Below are positions 32,632-41,928 of a DNA stretch of 48,016 nt, piece after piece. The DNA lies in the IMG/VR virus record IMGVR_UViG_3300044492_000085, positions 1-48,016 of that record. The stretch is one strand, 5' to 3'. The translations under genes and the position numbers were made by a program. This stretch comes from a virus. The notes beneath the pieces are model-generated. The model was not told the DNA's origin. It was given only the letters and a program-made list of their open reading frames with translations, and did not search any database. Positions within the stretch are counted from its first letter, which is position 1. The number at the start of each line of letters is the position of its first letter.

Positions 32632-33144
32632 CAGCGCCTTCATAAACTCAAGCACCCACTTCTCGTCCGGCCACACGCCAGTAATGCCCGACGCCACGCC
32701 CGCGGCCCGCAGCATTTCCTGCATGCGATCAGTCGCGGCCGGCAGCGGCTCCGCTGGCGCCTCTTGCACCAGCTCGATCGGCTTCCTCGCCGCCCCCGAA
32801 GTGTCCGGCTGCGGATCGTAATCACCACGGCTGCGGTGCGGCTGCGCGAGATCTCGCACCGCATGGTTTTTCCAGAACTTCGACGGCCTGCGATCGATCG
32901 GCGCATCGGGAATCTGCATGTGCGTGACCGACATCATGTCGCTGACATGGTCATCGCCGGTGATCCTGATGTTGAATTTACCCCGCCGCAGATAGATCCG
33001 CCCTGCCTCTGTTAAATCGAGCTGCCCCCAGTTGTCGCAAGCGTAGCCGGCGGCGATCAACTCGCGTGCGGTTGTGTGCAGCGCGTTGTAGTGCGCGCCG
33101 TTTTCGATGCCGGACAGGGCGGCCAAAGCTTCGGCTGAGATCAT
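32566..33144 (-). CDS. Hypothetical protein divergent from the late operon
   Basis: 192 aa from the ATG at 33144 (AAGGAAAG RBS). The N-terminal extension of the track ORF is antisense to the fibre gene and was trimmed. Confidence 0.5.
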   Translation of the reverse strand: MISAEALAALSGIENGAHYNALHTTARELIAAGYACDNWGQLDLTEAGRIYLRRGKFNIRITGDDHVSDMMSVTHMQIPDAPIDRRPSKFWKNHAVRDLAQPHRSRGDYDPQPDTSGAARKPIELVQEAPAEPLPAATDRMQEMLRAAGVASGITGVWPDEKWVLEFMKALDGVFSEARTEVENTPSASNDD

Positions 33145-33175
33145 GTTCTTTCCTTTCCGCGGTTTTGTGCGATAA

Positions 33176-34621
33176 ATGGGTGGTCCGCACGATGGAAACG
33201 CGCATATGCCAGCGATCGTCCGGCCGCAGCAGCAGATTTTATTCTCCGACCGCCCGCGCGGCCAGATCCAGGCCGACTTGCTCGATGCGCAGATCCACAA
33301 TCTAATCGAGGCGATTAGCTCCACCCAGCAAGCCCTGGCGGATATTCGCCGCGACGACGGCAAACTGGCAAATAACAGCGTCGGCCCCGAGCAATTGGCG
33401 GCCGAGTTGAAGCACAGCCGCAAAGAAATCGACAGCGCCGAGCAGCGTATCGTCGCGGCGGCAGAAAAGACTGCCGACGCCATCAATATCGTCGTCGCAT
33501 CCGGCCGCGAGACCGATTTGCGTGCCACTGACGCCGAAGCGGCGGCGGTTTCCGCCGCGCAGATGCTCAGCGCGATCAGTCACGGCAACGTAAACGCCCT
33601 CGACAGCGCCTCTGACGCGGAAAATTCTGCCGATCGTGCCGAATCCGCGGCGATCGATGCGAAAAATTCGGCGAATTACAGCACGGCGCAGGCCGACAAC
33701 GCGATTGCTGCGAAAGATGAGGCTTTGCAGTGGGCCGAGTACCTCGGCGGGCCGGTTATTGATAACAGTCACGCGCTGGATTTCATCGAATCCTCGAAAT
33801 TTCCGCAAGGATTGTTCTATCAGCCGGTTTCCGGCATGGGCGGCGTTGGCGGACTGTGGTCGGCCAAGTGGTGGGCGGTCTATTGCCAGCAATTGGTCGG
33901 CAATGTCGGTTTTTATTACCTCGGGCCGTGGTCGTATCAGCCGATTCCCGGCGCCACCAACCCCAATACTGGCGAAACCGTCCCGGATCCGCTCGCGGTC
34001 GGTAGTTTCTACTATGATACCAATCTCAAGACCGTCATGGTCTGGAACGGCACCGCCTGGCAGCCGCCTGGCGTCACGGTAGCGCCTGGTTTTCGAGCGC
34101 GTTACGTTTATTTGGCCACCGACGCGCAGGTGACCTTCCGCGGCGCGGATATCAACGGTTTTGCGCCGACCTTTGTCAACGAGGGCCACGATGTCTGCTT
34201 GAACGGCGTCCGCCTGGTGCCGGAAATAGACTTCACCACCGACACCGCCGACAGCAGCATGACCCTGGTCGAGGCGCCTGGCGCCGGCGCGGTCATTCAG
34301 TGGGATTTGATGATCCCGCCCGACCAGATCAACTCCGCGCAGGTCGACGCCTTCAAGGTGCAGCCGCTTTTGCCGGACGGCACCAACAAGATCTTCACGC
34401 TGAGCTACATCGACCCGGCCGCCAGCCCCGGCACGCCGATCCCGACCAATATCGGCCAGGGCGCGCAGCTGATGGTGTCGCTCGATGGTGTCATCCAGGA
34501 GCCCGGCGTCGATTTCACTGCCACCGGCGCAACTTTATCAATGACGATAGCGCCATTAGCCGACAGCCGGCTTTGGGCGATCTGGTTTCGGCCGCATGTT
34601 GCTGTGGAGTTGCCGCCATGA
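33176..34621 (+). CDS. Tail fibre-like protein
   Basis: The N-terminus QADLLDAQIHNLIEAISSTQQALADIRRDDGKLANNSVGPEQL is a pattern common in phage fibre N-termini. An alternative ATG lies at 33206. Confidence 0.6.
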   Translation: MGGPHDGNAHMPAIVRPQQQILFSDRPRGQIQADLLDAQIHNLIEAISSTQQALADIRRDDGKLANNSVGPEQLAAELKHSRKEIDSAEQRIVAAAEKTADAINIVVASGRETDLRATDAEAAAVSAAQMLSAISHGNVNALDSASDAENSADRAESAAIDAKNSANYSTAQADNAIAAKDEALQWAEYLGGPVIDNSHALDFIESSKFPQGLFYQPVSGMGGVGGLWSAKWWAVYCQQLVGNVGFYYLGPWSYQPIPGATNPNTGETVPDPLAVGSFYYDTNLKTVMVWNGTAWQPPGVTVAPGFRARYVYLATDAQVTFRGADINGFAPTFVNEGHDVCLNGVRLVPEIDFTTDTADSSMTLVEAPGAGAVIQWDLMIPPDQINSAQVDAFKVQPLLPDGTNKIFTLSYIDPAASPGTPIPTNIGQGAQLMVSLDGVIQEPGVDFTATGATLSMTIAPLADSRLWAIWFRPHVAVELPP

Positions 34622-35007
34622 GCCAGAACCTGCGCGTCGCCACCTGGGTGCCGGTGGTCGACCCCGATGCGATCGGCAATGCCATCCACACCTCGGCCAT
34701 GCCGACCGCCAACAAGCGCATCCCGTCGGAATTTGCCATTATCAGTGGCGGCGGCGGTAGCGGCGGCGTGAGTTTCGCCAGCAACGCCGAGGTGATCGCC
34801 GGCGTGGTCGGCGACGAGGCGATTTCGCCGTCGACGCTGCGCAACGAGATGATGCGCGAGTTCGCCATCCCCGCGGCAACCTTTACCGCTGGCGCGATCG
34901 CCGTCAACGTGTCGGTCGGCGGCGGCAGCGGCAACAAGCTGATCAAGACCGATTTCAACGGCGTGATCGACCATTCGCTGCTATTGCTCGACGGCGGCAC
35001 ATTCTGA
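34618..35007 (+). CDS. Tail fibre-like small protein
   Basis: 129 aa from the ATGA-coupled start. ASNAEVIAGVVGDEAISPSTL is a typical fibre repeat motif. Gly-rich runs are present. Confidence 0.5.
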   Translation: MSQNLRVATWVPVVDPDAIGNAIHTSAMPTANKRIPSEFAIISGGGGSGGVSFASNAEVIAGVVGDEAISPSTLRNEMMREFAIPAATFTAGAIAVNVSVGGGSGNKLIKTDFNGVIDHSLLLLDGGTF

Positions 35008-35019
35008 AAGGGGCGTTCA

Positions 35020-35418
35020 ATGACGATCTCGCATATCGACAACACACAGATTCTAACCGTGATCGGCCCGGCCAAGGTCGACATTCACGGCAACAATGAA
35101 CATGATGGCCCGGTTATTTCGGAGATCGAGGCACCGACGGTCAGTAGCATCGATCCCGACACCGCCGAGTGCGGTGGCGCTGACCTTGAGCTGGTCGTCA
35201 CCGGCACCGGCTTCAACGAGGCCACCAAGATCACTTTCAACGGCCTCGACGAGCCGACCAAATTTCGCAGCGACACCGAAGTCACCACCGGCGTCAAGCC
35301 GTCGCTGTTTACCGTCGCTGCGACCTGTCCGGTCGGCGTCCGTACCGGCGGCATGAAGAGCGAAACGATGGATTTTACTTTTACTGATCCGGCAGCTGCC
35401 CGCGGCCGCAAACGCTGA
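35020..35418 (+). CDS. IPT/TIG (Ig-like) domain protein
   Basis: 132 aa. PTVSSIDPDTAECGGADLELVVTGTGFNEATKITFNG fits the IPT/TIG pattern. Confidence 0.55.
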   Translation: MTISHIDNTQILTVIGPAKVDIHGNNEHDGPVISEIEAPTVSSIDPDTAECGGADLELVVTGTGFNEATKITFNGLDEPTKFRSDTEVTTGVKPSLFTVAATCPVGVRTGGMKSETMDFTFTDPAAARGRKR

Positions 35419-35463
35419 AGATTGCCAGAGTTTTACCAGACCCTGACTTGAGGATGGGGCCAC

Positions 35464-37200
35464 ATGAAGCAATACCGGCATCGCCGCAGCGCGAATCCGT
35501 CCAATCCGTTCCCGAGCCCGCTCGAGCCTGGCGAATTAGCAGTAAACACTGCCAATCGGCAGCTCGCGGTCGGCAATGCCGACGCCGCGGCGCTCGGCGT
35601 GCCGCTGTCGCTGATCGCGATCCGCTATTTCGACACCCACGCCAGCTATCTCGCCAACGACATGGTGGTGCAGTTAGGCAAGCTCTACGTCGCCAAGGCC
35701 GCGGTGCCGCCCGGGCCGTTCAACGCCTCGCAGTGGACCGAATTTACCGGCGGCGGCGGGGGTGGCAACTACCTGCCGCTGACCGGCGGCATGCTGACCG
35801 GCCCGCTCGGCATCGGTCCGGTTTCGATATTTCCAGGCGCTCTGTTTGAGGCCGGCGACAAGGATGCCGGCACGTTTACGGTCGCGCCACTGTGGGTGGA
35901 CATGACCACACTCAACGGCGTCAATCCGTTCGATGCTGCGGCGTTTTATTTCGGTCGCTCGCGCGGTTCGTCTACGGTGCCGGCGCCGGTGCAGACCGGC
36001 GATGCGCTGGGCGGCATCTGGTGGAACGCCAACGAGGGCGGCGACTGGGCCAACGGCGCCGGCCTGACCGGCATTGTCGACGGCCCGATCGCGGTCGGCT
36101 CGGCACCGACCGCACTGGCGTTTTATACCGGCGACAAGGACGGCGGCATTGAACGGCTGCGCATCAAAAGCAGCGGCGCCTCCGAGTTTTCCGGCGAGGT
36201 GTTCAGTAAAAAAGGTATCGGGATTCTCGCGCCGCTGGGACCATACCTCACACTGGCGAAGCCGCCGGGTGTGCCTTCAGCGCAGAACACGATCGACGGT
36301 TCCATTGGCACTAAGACCGACTGGTCCGACTACAAATCGCGCTGGCAGCTTGTTTTAGGCGATGCCACCCCTGAGACAGGTGCAAACGCAGGCACCAATT
36401 TTTCCATCAATCGGTTTGCCGATGACGGCACCACCCTTCTTGGCACTCCGCTAACGATCGATCGCGCCAGCGGACAGGTCTTAATCGCGCAAGCTCCGAC
36501 GCAGCCGAGCAGCGTTGCCAGGAAAACCGAGGTCGACGCCAGGGTGTCGAAGCTCGGCGATGTGATGACCGGCGATCTGACGATCAGCAAAGCAAATCCA
36601 TCGTTCAATTTTGAGAAGGCTTTGTCTGGCGAGCGCACCGCCATCTACATGAAGACCGGCCTCGCTGGCGCGGCAAAATTGCGCTGGCGTTTATCGCTCA
36701 GCAACGGCACGGCTGAAGCCGCAGACGGTTCTGGTAGCGACATTACATTTGCGCGAGCCAACGACGCCGGGACGCTTGTCGATGATGTGATCACGATGCG
36801 GCGCGCAGACGGTTTGATCACTGTCTTGGGTGATCCGACTGCTGCGCTTGGCATTGCCACCAAGCAGTACGTCGATGCCGGTGTGCGAGCGTTCAATTCA
36901 GCCGATCGGACGGCCTACACGCTGGTGTTGTCTGACATCGGCAAGATCGTTGCACTGTGGAATAGCACGGCTTCTCCGCTGAGCCTGACTGTGCCGCCTA
37001 ATTCTGCTGTGGCCTTTGCAGTGGGCGCAGAGATCGATCTTATGGTCACCGCAAACATCATAGCGACGATCGTCCCAGGAGCAGGCGTTTCGATTACCTC
37101 TGAAGACAGTAAGCGCAAACTACCAAAGATTGGTTCTTGCGCCACGTTGGTAAAAGTCACCACCGATGGCTGGGTGCTGTGCGGGAGCTTGATCGCATGA
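35464..37200 (+). CDS. Tail fibre 1 (shared N-terminal anchor module)
   Basis: 578 aa. The N-terminal ~95 aa are paralogous to 39215-40525 (YRHRR..NP..PF..PLE.GE.AVNTANRQ.AVG...LIA.RYFD...GPFNA.QW). The fibre motif YLPLTGGMLTGPL is present. Confidence 0.7.
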   Translation: MKQYRHRRSANPSNPFPSPLEPGELAVNTANRQLAVGNADAAALGVPLSLIAIRYFDTHASYLANDMVVQLGKLYVAKAAVPPGPFNASQWTEFTGGGGGGNYLPLTGGMLTGPLGIGPVSIFPGALFEAGDKDAGTFTVAPLWVDMTTLNGVNPFDAAAFYFGRSRGSSTVPAPVQTGDALGGIWWNANEGGDWANGAGLTGIVDGPIAVGSAPTALAFYTGDKDGGIERLRIKSSGASEFSGEVFSKKGIGILAPLGPYLTLAKPPGVPSAQNTIDGSIGTKTDWSDYKSRWQLVLGDATPETGANAGTNFSINRFADDGTTLLGTPLTIDRASGQVLIAQAPTQPSSVARKTEVDARVSKLGDVMTGDLTISKANPSFNFEKALSGERTAIYMKTGLAGAAKLRWRLSLSNGTAEAADGSGSDITFARANDAGTLVDDVITMRRADGLITVLGDPTAALGIATKQYVDAGVRAFNSADRTAYTLVLSDIGKIVALWNSTASPLSLTVPPNSAVAFAVGAEIDLMVTANIIATIVPGAGVSITSEDSKRKLPKIGSCATLVKVTTDGWVLCGSLIA

Positions 37201-39212
37201 GCAAACGCGGTCTCGGCTTCACTATTCCCAGCGACGACACCCGCTACATCGACGCCTACACAACCTGGCTCATCCACATGGACGGCCCGGTCAATTCAAC
37301 CACCATGCTCGACCATTCGCCGAAGCAGAACGGTGCCGCTGCCGTCGCCAATGCCTTTGTCATTGGCGACGGCAGCAGCGGTCCCGGTCCGCTGCATGTC
37401 GCGGCGACGCAATTCAACAATAATGCGTATATTTATTCGCCAGTGAACGTCGATAACTCGTTCAACCTGGCGCTCAACGATTTCACTATCGATTGGTGGG
37501 AGCACCGGATTGGCGACGTCACAACTTACCGGCCGGCGTTCACCTGGGACACGGTCGGAGTGACGTATTCTCCCATGTTGGTCGCCTACGGCACCGACGC
37601 TGGCCTTTACTATTACGCATCCAATGACCAAGCGAGCTGGAACATCATTAGTGCGATGTTTATGGGCACCGCCCAACTCAATGTCTGGATCCACCGTGCG
37701 ATTGTCCGCAAAGGCAGCACATTCTACGCCTTTGAAAATGGTGTGTTGAAAGGCACCGCAACATCGACGTTGCCGTTCAATAACGCGAGTTACGGCCCGA
37801 TGGTTGGCTGCTGGCCAAATCCCGGCGGATACGTTTATTTCTTCGGCTACATGCAAGAGTTTCGCGTCAGCAACGGCATCGCCAGATGGACTGCCAACTT
37901 TACGCCGCCAACGAGGAAATACGAGCCGTATCCTGATCTGAACACAAGACTGCTGATGCATTTTGACAGCAGTTGGCAAGACTTCTCGCAATACAAGCGC
38001 GGCGCGGCCAGCACCTTCGCGGGATTAACTTTCTCAATAGCGCAAAGCAAGTTTGGCAGAATATCCGCTTTGTTCGACGGCCTCGATGATTATGCGTCTT
38101 ATCCAGATAGCCCCGATTGGTCGATGGGTGACGATTACACCATCGATTTCTGGGTGCGACCGACGGCAATACCGCCTGCCGGGCAGGCAATGGCTTTTCT
38201 GGCGCATCTTGCTGGTGACGGCTGGCTGTTCATGATCCTCTCTGACGGCGGCGTCACCATGCTGCAACGCCAGGCCAGTGCCGGCGGCGATTTTTCCGTA
38301 TATGCGCCCGCCTATATTACAATTAACAATTGGCACCACGTCGCATTCGTTCGCGCTAATCGGGTGAACAAAATCTACCTCAATGGTGTTGGCGGTGCTC
38401 CGATGACCACGCCGGCATTGCCCGTCATAGTCACACCTTTGACGATCGGTATGTGGGGCAGCACCGCCTATCCGTTTAAAGGCTACATGGATGAGCTGCG
38501 CATCACCAAGGGTAAGGCGCTGTGGACTGCCGATTTCACGCCGCCGACCGACGTACATGGCGCCACTGGCGACAAGACCGTGCTGATGTTGCACTTCGAC
38601 GGCGACTTCAAGGACAGCTCGCAGAAGCGGCAAGTTATCCATCCCGGCAGCGCAGCAATATCGACGGCGCAAAAGAAATTTGGCAACGCAGCTGTGCAAT
38701 TCAACGGCGCGCAGATTTGTTATGTTGCGGGCACTCCCAGCGAGCTGAATTTTGGCTATGAGGATTTCACCATTGATTGTTGGTTCTATAACACCGGCGC
38801 CGCTGGTGTGAACCAGGCACTGTTTGGCCGGTGCAGTCCAAGCCTGACCGACCTGACGATCGGCTGCTACATCACCGCTGAGAACCGCATAGTCTGTTCT
38901 TTCGGAAAAACCGGAACCGATTGGCTGGCGCAGATGACCGACGGCATAGCCACGGTCACAAAAAACGCCTGGCATCATTACGCGGTGATGCGGCGCAACA
39001 ACGTTTTCAGTCAGTATCTGGACGGTGTCCTGGACAGCAATCTGCAGGATTATGGCGCCTGGCCGCTCTACGTCAGCACTTGGTCGTTCGTAATCGGTGC
39101 GATCGGCAACAACACCAACTACTGGACCGGCTACATCGACGAGTTTCGTGTTACCAAGGGTAAGGCGTTGTGGACCGCCAATTTCACGCCGCCAGCGCAG
39201 CCGGGGAATTGA
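37197..39212 (+). CDS. Triple LamG / concanavalin-A-like lectin domain tail protein
   Basis: 671 aa from the ATGA-coupled start. It has three tandem units of about 200 aa, each with (L)HFDG-like, FTIDxW and WHH motifs and ending GYxxExRxxxGxAxWTAxFTPP. Confidence 0.65.
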   Translation: MSKRGLGFTIPSDDTRYIDAYTTWLIHMDGPVNSTTMLDHSPKQNGAAAVANAFVIGDGSSGPGPLHVAATQFNNNAYIYSPVNVDNSFNLALNDFTIDWWEHRIGDVTTYRPAFTWDTVGVTYSPMLVAYGTDAGLYYYASNDQASWNIISAMFMGTAQLNVWIHRAIVRKGSTFYAFENGVLKGTATSTLPFNNASYGPMVGCWPNPGGYVYFFGYMQEFRVSNGIARWTANFTPPTRKYEPYPDLNTRLLMHFDSSWQDFSQYKRGAASTFAGLTFSIAQSKFGRISALFDGLDDYASYPDSPDWSMGDDYTIDFWVRPTAIPPAGQAMAFLAHLAGDGWLFMILSDGGVTMLQRQASAGGDFSVYAPAYITINNWHHVAFVRANRVNKIYLNGVGGAPMTTPALPVIVTPLTIGMWGSTAYPFKGYMDELRITKGKALWTADFTPPTDVHGATGDKTVLMLHFDGDFKDSSQKRQVIHPGSAAISTAQKKFGNAAVQFNGAQICYVAGTPSELNFGYEDFTIDCWFYNTGAAGVNQALFGRCSPSLTDLTIGCYITAENRIVCSFGKTGTDWLAQMTDGIATVTKNAWHHYAVMRRNNVFSQYLDGVLDSNLQDYGAWPLYVSTWSFVIGAIGNNTNYWTGYIDEFRVTKGKALWTANFTPPAQPGN

Positions 39213-39214
39213 CC

Positions 39215-40525
39215 ATGACCTCGCACTACCGTCACCGCCGCGACAGTAATCCGACCGTGCCGTTCGCCAACCCGCTGGAGAAGGGTGAGATCGCGGTCAA
39301 TACTGCCAATCGCCAGATCGCGGTCGGCGATACCGGCGGCGCGCCGCTCGCCCTGATCGCGGTGCGCTACTTCGACCCGAAATCGCAGTATCTGCTCAAT
39401 GACTTCGTCGTCCACGACGCCGACCTCTATGTCGCGCTCGACGTCATCCAGCCCGGCCCGTTCAATGCCGCGCAGTGGCGGCTCGCTTCGAATGCGCCAG
39501 GCGACACCAGTAACCTGGCCAACTACCTGCTGCTGGCCGGCGGCATCATGACCGGGCCGCTGATCCTGCACGACGACCCGACCGATGACCTGGGCGCCGC
39601 TACCAAAGGCTATGTCGACGATTCCACGCCGCCACCGCCGGCCGCTGCCGGTGTGCCGGTTACGCCCACTGGCGGTATTGCCGCCAATAACGTGCAAGCG
39701 GCGCTCGCCGAGCTGGATGCCGAGAAGGTGGCGATCGCCGGCTCGACCATGACCGGACACCTGGCGCTGCCGACCAATCCGGGCGCGCCCAATGCCGTGC
39801 GCAAGGACTACGTCGACGCAGCTGACAGCACCAATGCCGCGGCACTTGCCAGCAAGGTCAACAAGGCCGGCGACACCATGACCGGCACCTTATCCGTTGG
39901 TGGTGATGTCTACGCCAACCGCAGTCCGACCACCGGCGTGTTGTACCTCGGCAGCAATGCCACGCATTATCTGCACTTCGACGGCTCGAGCTACCGCATG
40001 CCAAGCGGCAGTCTGGTCGTCGGCGGCGACGTCAATGCGGTAGGCGGTGTCTTCGGCGGTCAGCTGGTCGCCAACGCCGGATCCAGTTTCTCCTATCCGG
40101 GCAACCACACGCTCTACAACAACGGCGTCAATTTTGCCTCGGCCACGCCGTCCAGCGTCCAGGTCCAGGGGCCGCCTTATCCGACGATCGCGTTCCACTG
40201 CGCCGGCTATTTCGGCGCCAACTTCGGCATGTCGACCGATGGCCAGTTCTACATGGGCGGCTGGTCGCACGGCCAGGGTGTGTACTATCGGCTGCTGACC
40301 ACCCGCGAAGGCGAGCCGGTCACTCAGACCCGGCTGGTCTATGTCGGCGATTACGTCCACAGCAGCGACGAGGGATTGACTGAACCGTTTGGCGCGACCG
40401 CCTGCAACACCGGAAACAGCGGCGCCGTGCCGAGCGGCTATCCAGGCGGCTCCTATATCACCGCGCGTTACCGCGTACTGCAGGTCAAAACCGCCAGCGG
40501 CTACTACGCATCGGAAGTGGCATGA
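39215..40525 (+). CDS. Tail fibre 2 (shared N-terminal anchor module, different distal part)
   Basis: 436 aa from the ATG at 39215. The N-terminus is paralogous to fibre 1, the motif YLLLAGGIMTGPL is present, and the C-terminal two thirds are unrelated to fibre 1. Confidence 0.7.
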   Translation: MTSHYRHRRDSNPTVPFANPLEKGEIAVNTANRQIAVGDTGGAPLALIAVRYFDPKSQYLLNDFVVHDADLYVALDVIQPGPFNAAQWRLASNAPGDTSNLANYLLLAGGIMTGPLILHDDPTDDLGAATKGYVDDSTPPPPAAAGVPVTPTGGIAANNVQAALAELDAEKVAIAGSTMTGHLALPTNPGAPNAVRKDYVDAADSTNAAALASKVNKAGDTMTGTLSVGGDVYANRSPTTGVLYLGSNATHYLHFDGSSYRMPSGSLVVGGDVNAVGGVFGGQLVANAGSSFSYPGNHTLYNNGVNFASATPSSVQVQGPPYPTIAFHCAGYFGANFGMSTDGQFYMGGWSHGQGVYYRLLTTREGEPVTQTRLVYVGDYVHSSDEGLTEPFGATACNTGNSGAVPSGYPGGSYITARYRVLQVKTASGYYASEVA

Positions 40526-41043
40526 CCATGGAAATCATCGACCACGGCATATGGATCCGGTACCAGCCGGTCAAACCGCAGGCCGGCGCGCCGCACGGCG
40601 CCATCTATGCCCGGCGCGAGGCCGATAGTGTCGATTGGTATGATTACGTGCGGCCCAACTTCCTGCTGATGCAGCCGGCCAAGCCGCCGACCTATCACCC
40701 CACCACCGGCGAGCAGTTGGTTGAAGACCCGCCGCCGGAGCCGAACTTCAAGCCGGGCAGCGTGGTCTGCAATATTTACCATCACCCGCACTTCAATCGG
40801 AGTATCGTCGGCGCCGCCACCTACGATCCAACCGCGGTCCACTCGATCAATCAGCGGGTGATCGAGATCGTCGGCTACGAAGGCGACGACCCGCAGAAGG
40901 ATTTCGGCGGCAAGACCTACGACCCTAAGACCGGCACGCTGTCGGATCCGCCGCCGATGCCGCCGGCGCCGAAGTCACCGGACGAGCGGCTCGATGCTCT
41001 AGAGAAGCGCGTCAAGGCGTTGGAAGCTAGGAAGAAAAAGTGA
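40522..41043 (+). CDS. Putative tail fibre assembly / chaperone protein
   Basis: 173 aa, ATGA-coupled to fibre 2, with a C-terminal coiled-coil (ERLDALEKRVKALEARKKK). Positional call. Confidence 0.35.
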   Translation: MTMEIIDHGIWIRYQPVKPQAGAPHGAIYARREADSVDWYDYVRPNFLLMQPAKPPTYHPTTGEQLVEDPPPEPNFKPGSVVCNIYHHPHFNRSIVGAATYDPTAVHSINQRVIEIVGYEGDDPQKDFGGKTYDPKTGTLSDPPPMPPAPKSPDERLDALEKRVKALEARKKK

Positions 41044-41252
41044 TCGAGTACACCGGCAAGGCCGCGGCTGAAGTTGCCAAGGGGTTGGCAGCTGGCGGAC
41101 CGCTGGCGCTGCCGCTCGTCATCATCAACGTGGTCTGTCTCGGTGTGGTTTTCTTTACGCTTTACCATATCTCGAATGCATCCGAGCGACGTGACAGCTT
41201 AATTGCCGAGCTGGCCAAGTCTTGCCAGCCGATCGTCGAAAGGATGAAATGA
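41040..41252 (+). CDS. Single-pass membrane protein (holin or i-spanin-like candidate)
   Basis: 70 aa, GTGA-coupled. TM segment is PLALPLVIINVVCLGVVFFTLY, followed by a short helical tail. Confidence 0.4.
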   Translation: MIEYTGKAAAEVAKGLAAGGPLALPLVIINVVCLGVVFFTLYHISNASERRDSLIAELAKSCQPIVERMK

Positions 41253-41281
41253 GTCTGCAACGATAAGAAGGATGCGATGTT

Positions 41282-41635
41282 ATGAAGAAGGCCAAGCGAA
41301 AGCGCCCGGTTGTTGCGCGTAAGCGCAAGGTGACTGCGCGAAAGAAGCCGGCCAGCCCCCGTAAAAAGAGGAAGTCCAAGATGTCCAGGAAGTCGAACGA
41401 AGACGACGACAACGACGGCGACAACGAGCGCCGCACTGCACAAAAACACCCTGAGACGGCACGGCGGACTGCTGGCGATCAACCGCAGAACCCTGCCACG
41501 CCCGACCAGACTTCCGATCCGATCGAGCTTGCCAAGAAAGAGCATGCCGGCATCGACCCGATGGGCCAGCCGCCGGACAACCCGCAGGCGCCAAATCCGC
41601 CGGTGGAGGAAGACCCGGAGCGCAAGAACAAGTGA
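41282..41635 (+). CDS. Highly basic, disordered protein
   Basis: 117 aa. The N-terminus MKKAKRKRPVVARKRKVTARKKPASPRKKRKSKMSRKS is followed by an acidic tract and a Pro/Gln-rich tail. Confidence 0.5.
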   Translation: MKKAKRKRPVVARKRKVTARKKPASPRKKRKSKMSRKSNEDDDNDGDNERRTAQKHPETARRTAGDQPQNPATPDQTSDPIELAKKEHAGIDPMGQPPDNPQAPNPPVEEDPERKNK

Positions 41636-41919
41636 CCGAGTGGCCTAAAAACCCACAGCTGCGCGTTGGCGGGGAGCTGGAGCCAACCGGCCCCGTCAAC
41701 GTGTTCAATGAGAAGGTGGCGACCGCTGAAGCGATCAATCGTGCGATCGACACCAAGACCGCCTACGACACCACGCACCCGCCGCCGGCTCCGGTAACGC
41801 CAGAGGTGGTGCCGCCTGGCACGCCGATCAGCGCCGGCAGCCCCATTACCATCGACGAAACAAAGTATATGATCGAGCCGCAATTCGTTGGCCAGAAGGT
41901 GATTCCGCGCCGACGCTAG
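41632..41919 (+). CDS. Hypothetical protein carrying the PISAGSPI motif
   Basis: 95 aa with a GTGA-coupled start. GTPISAGSPITIDETK resembles PLGPAISAGSPIGTGSK in the 5.4-6.2 kb paralogs. Confidence 0.45.
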   Translation: MTEWPKNPQLRVGGELEPTGPVNVFNEKVATAEAINRAIDTKTAYDTTHPPPAPVTPEVVPPGTPISAGSPITIDETKYMIEPQFVGQKVIPRRR

Positions 41920-41928
41920 GGGGCTAGC

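Noticed and set aside
35464-40525. A diversity-generating retroelement targeting the fibre or LamG genes.
   Set aside because: There is no reverse transcriptase gene anywhere in the genome. The only DNA repeats in this region are the internal LamG unit ends, which do not show adenine-specific mismatches.
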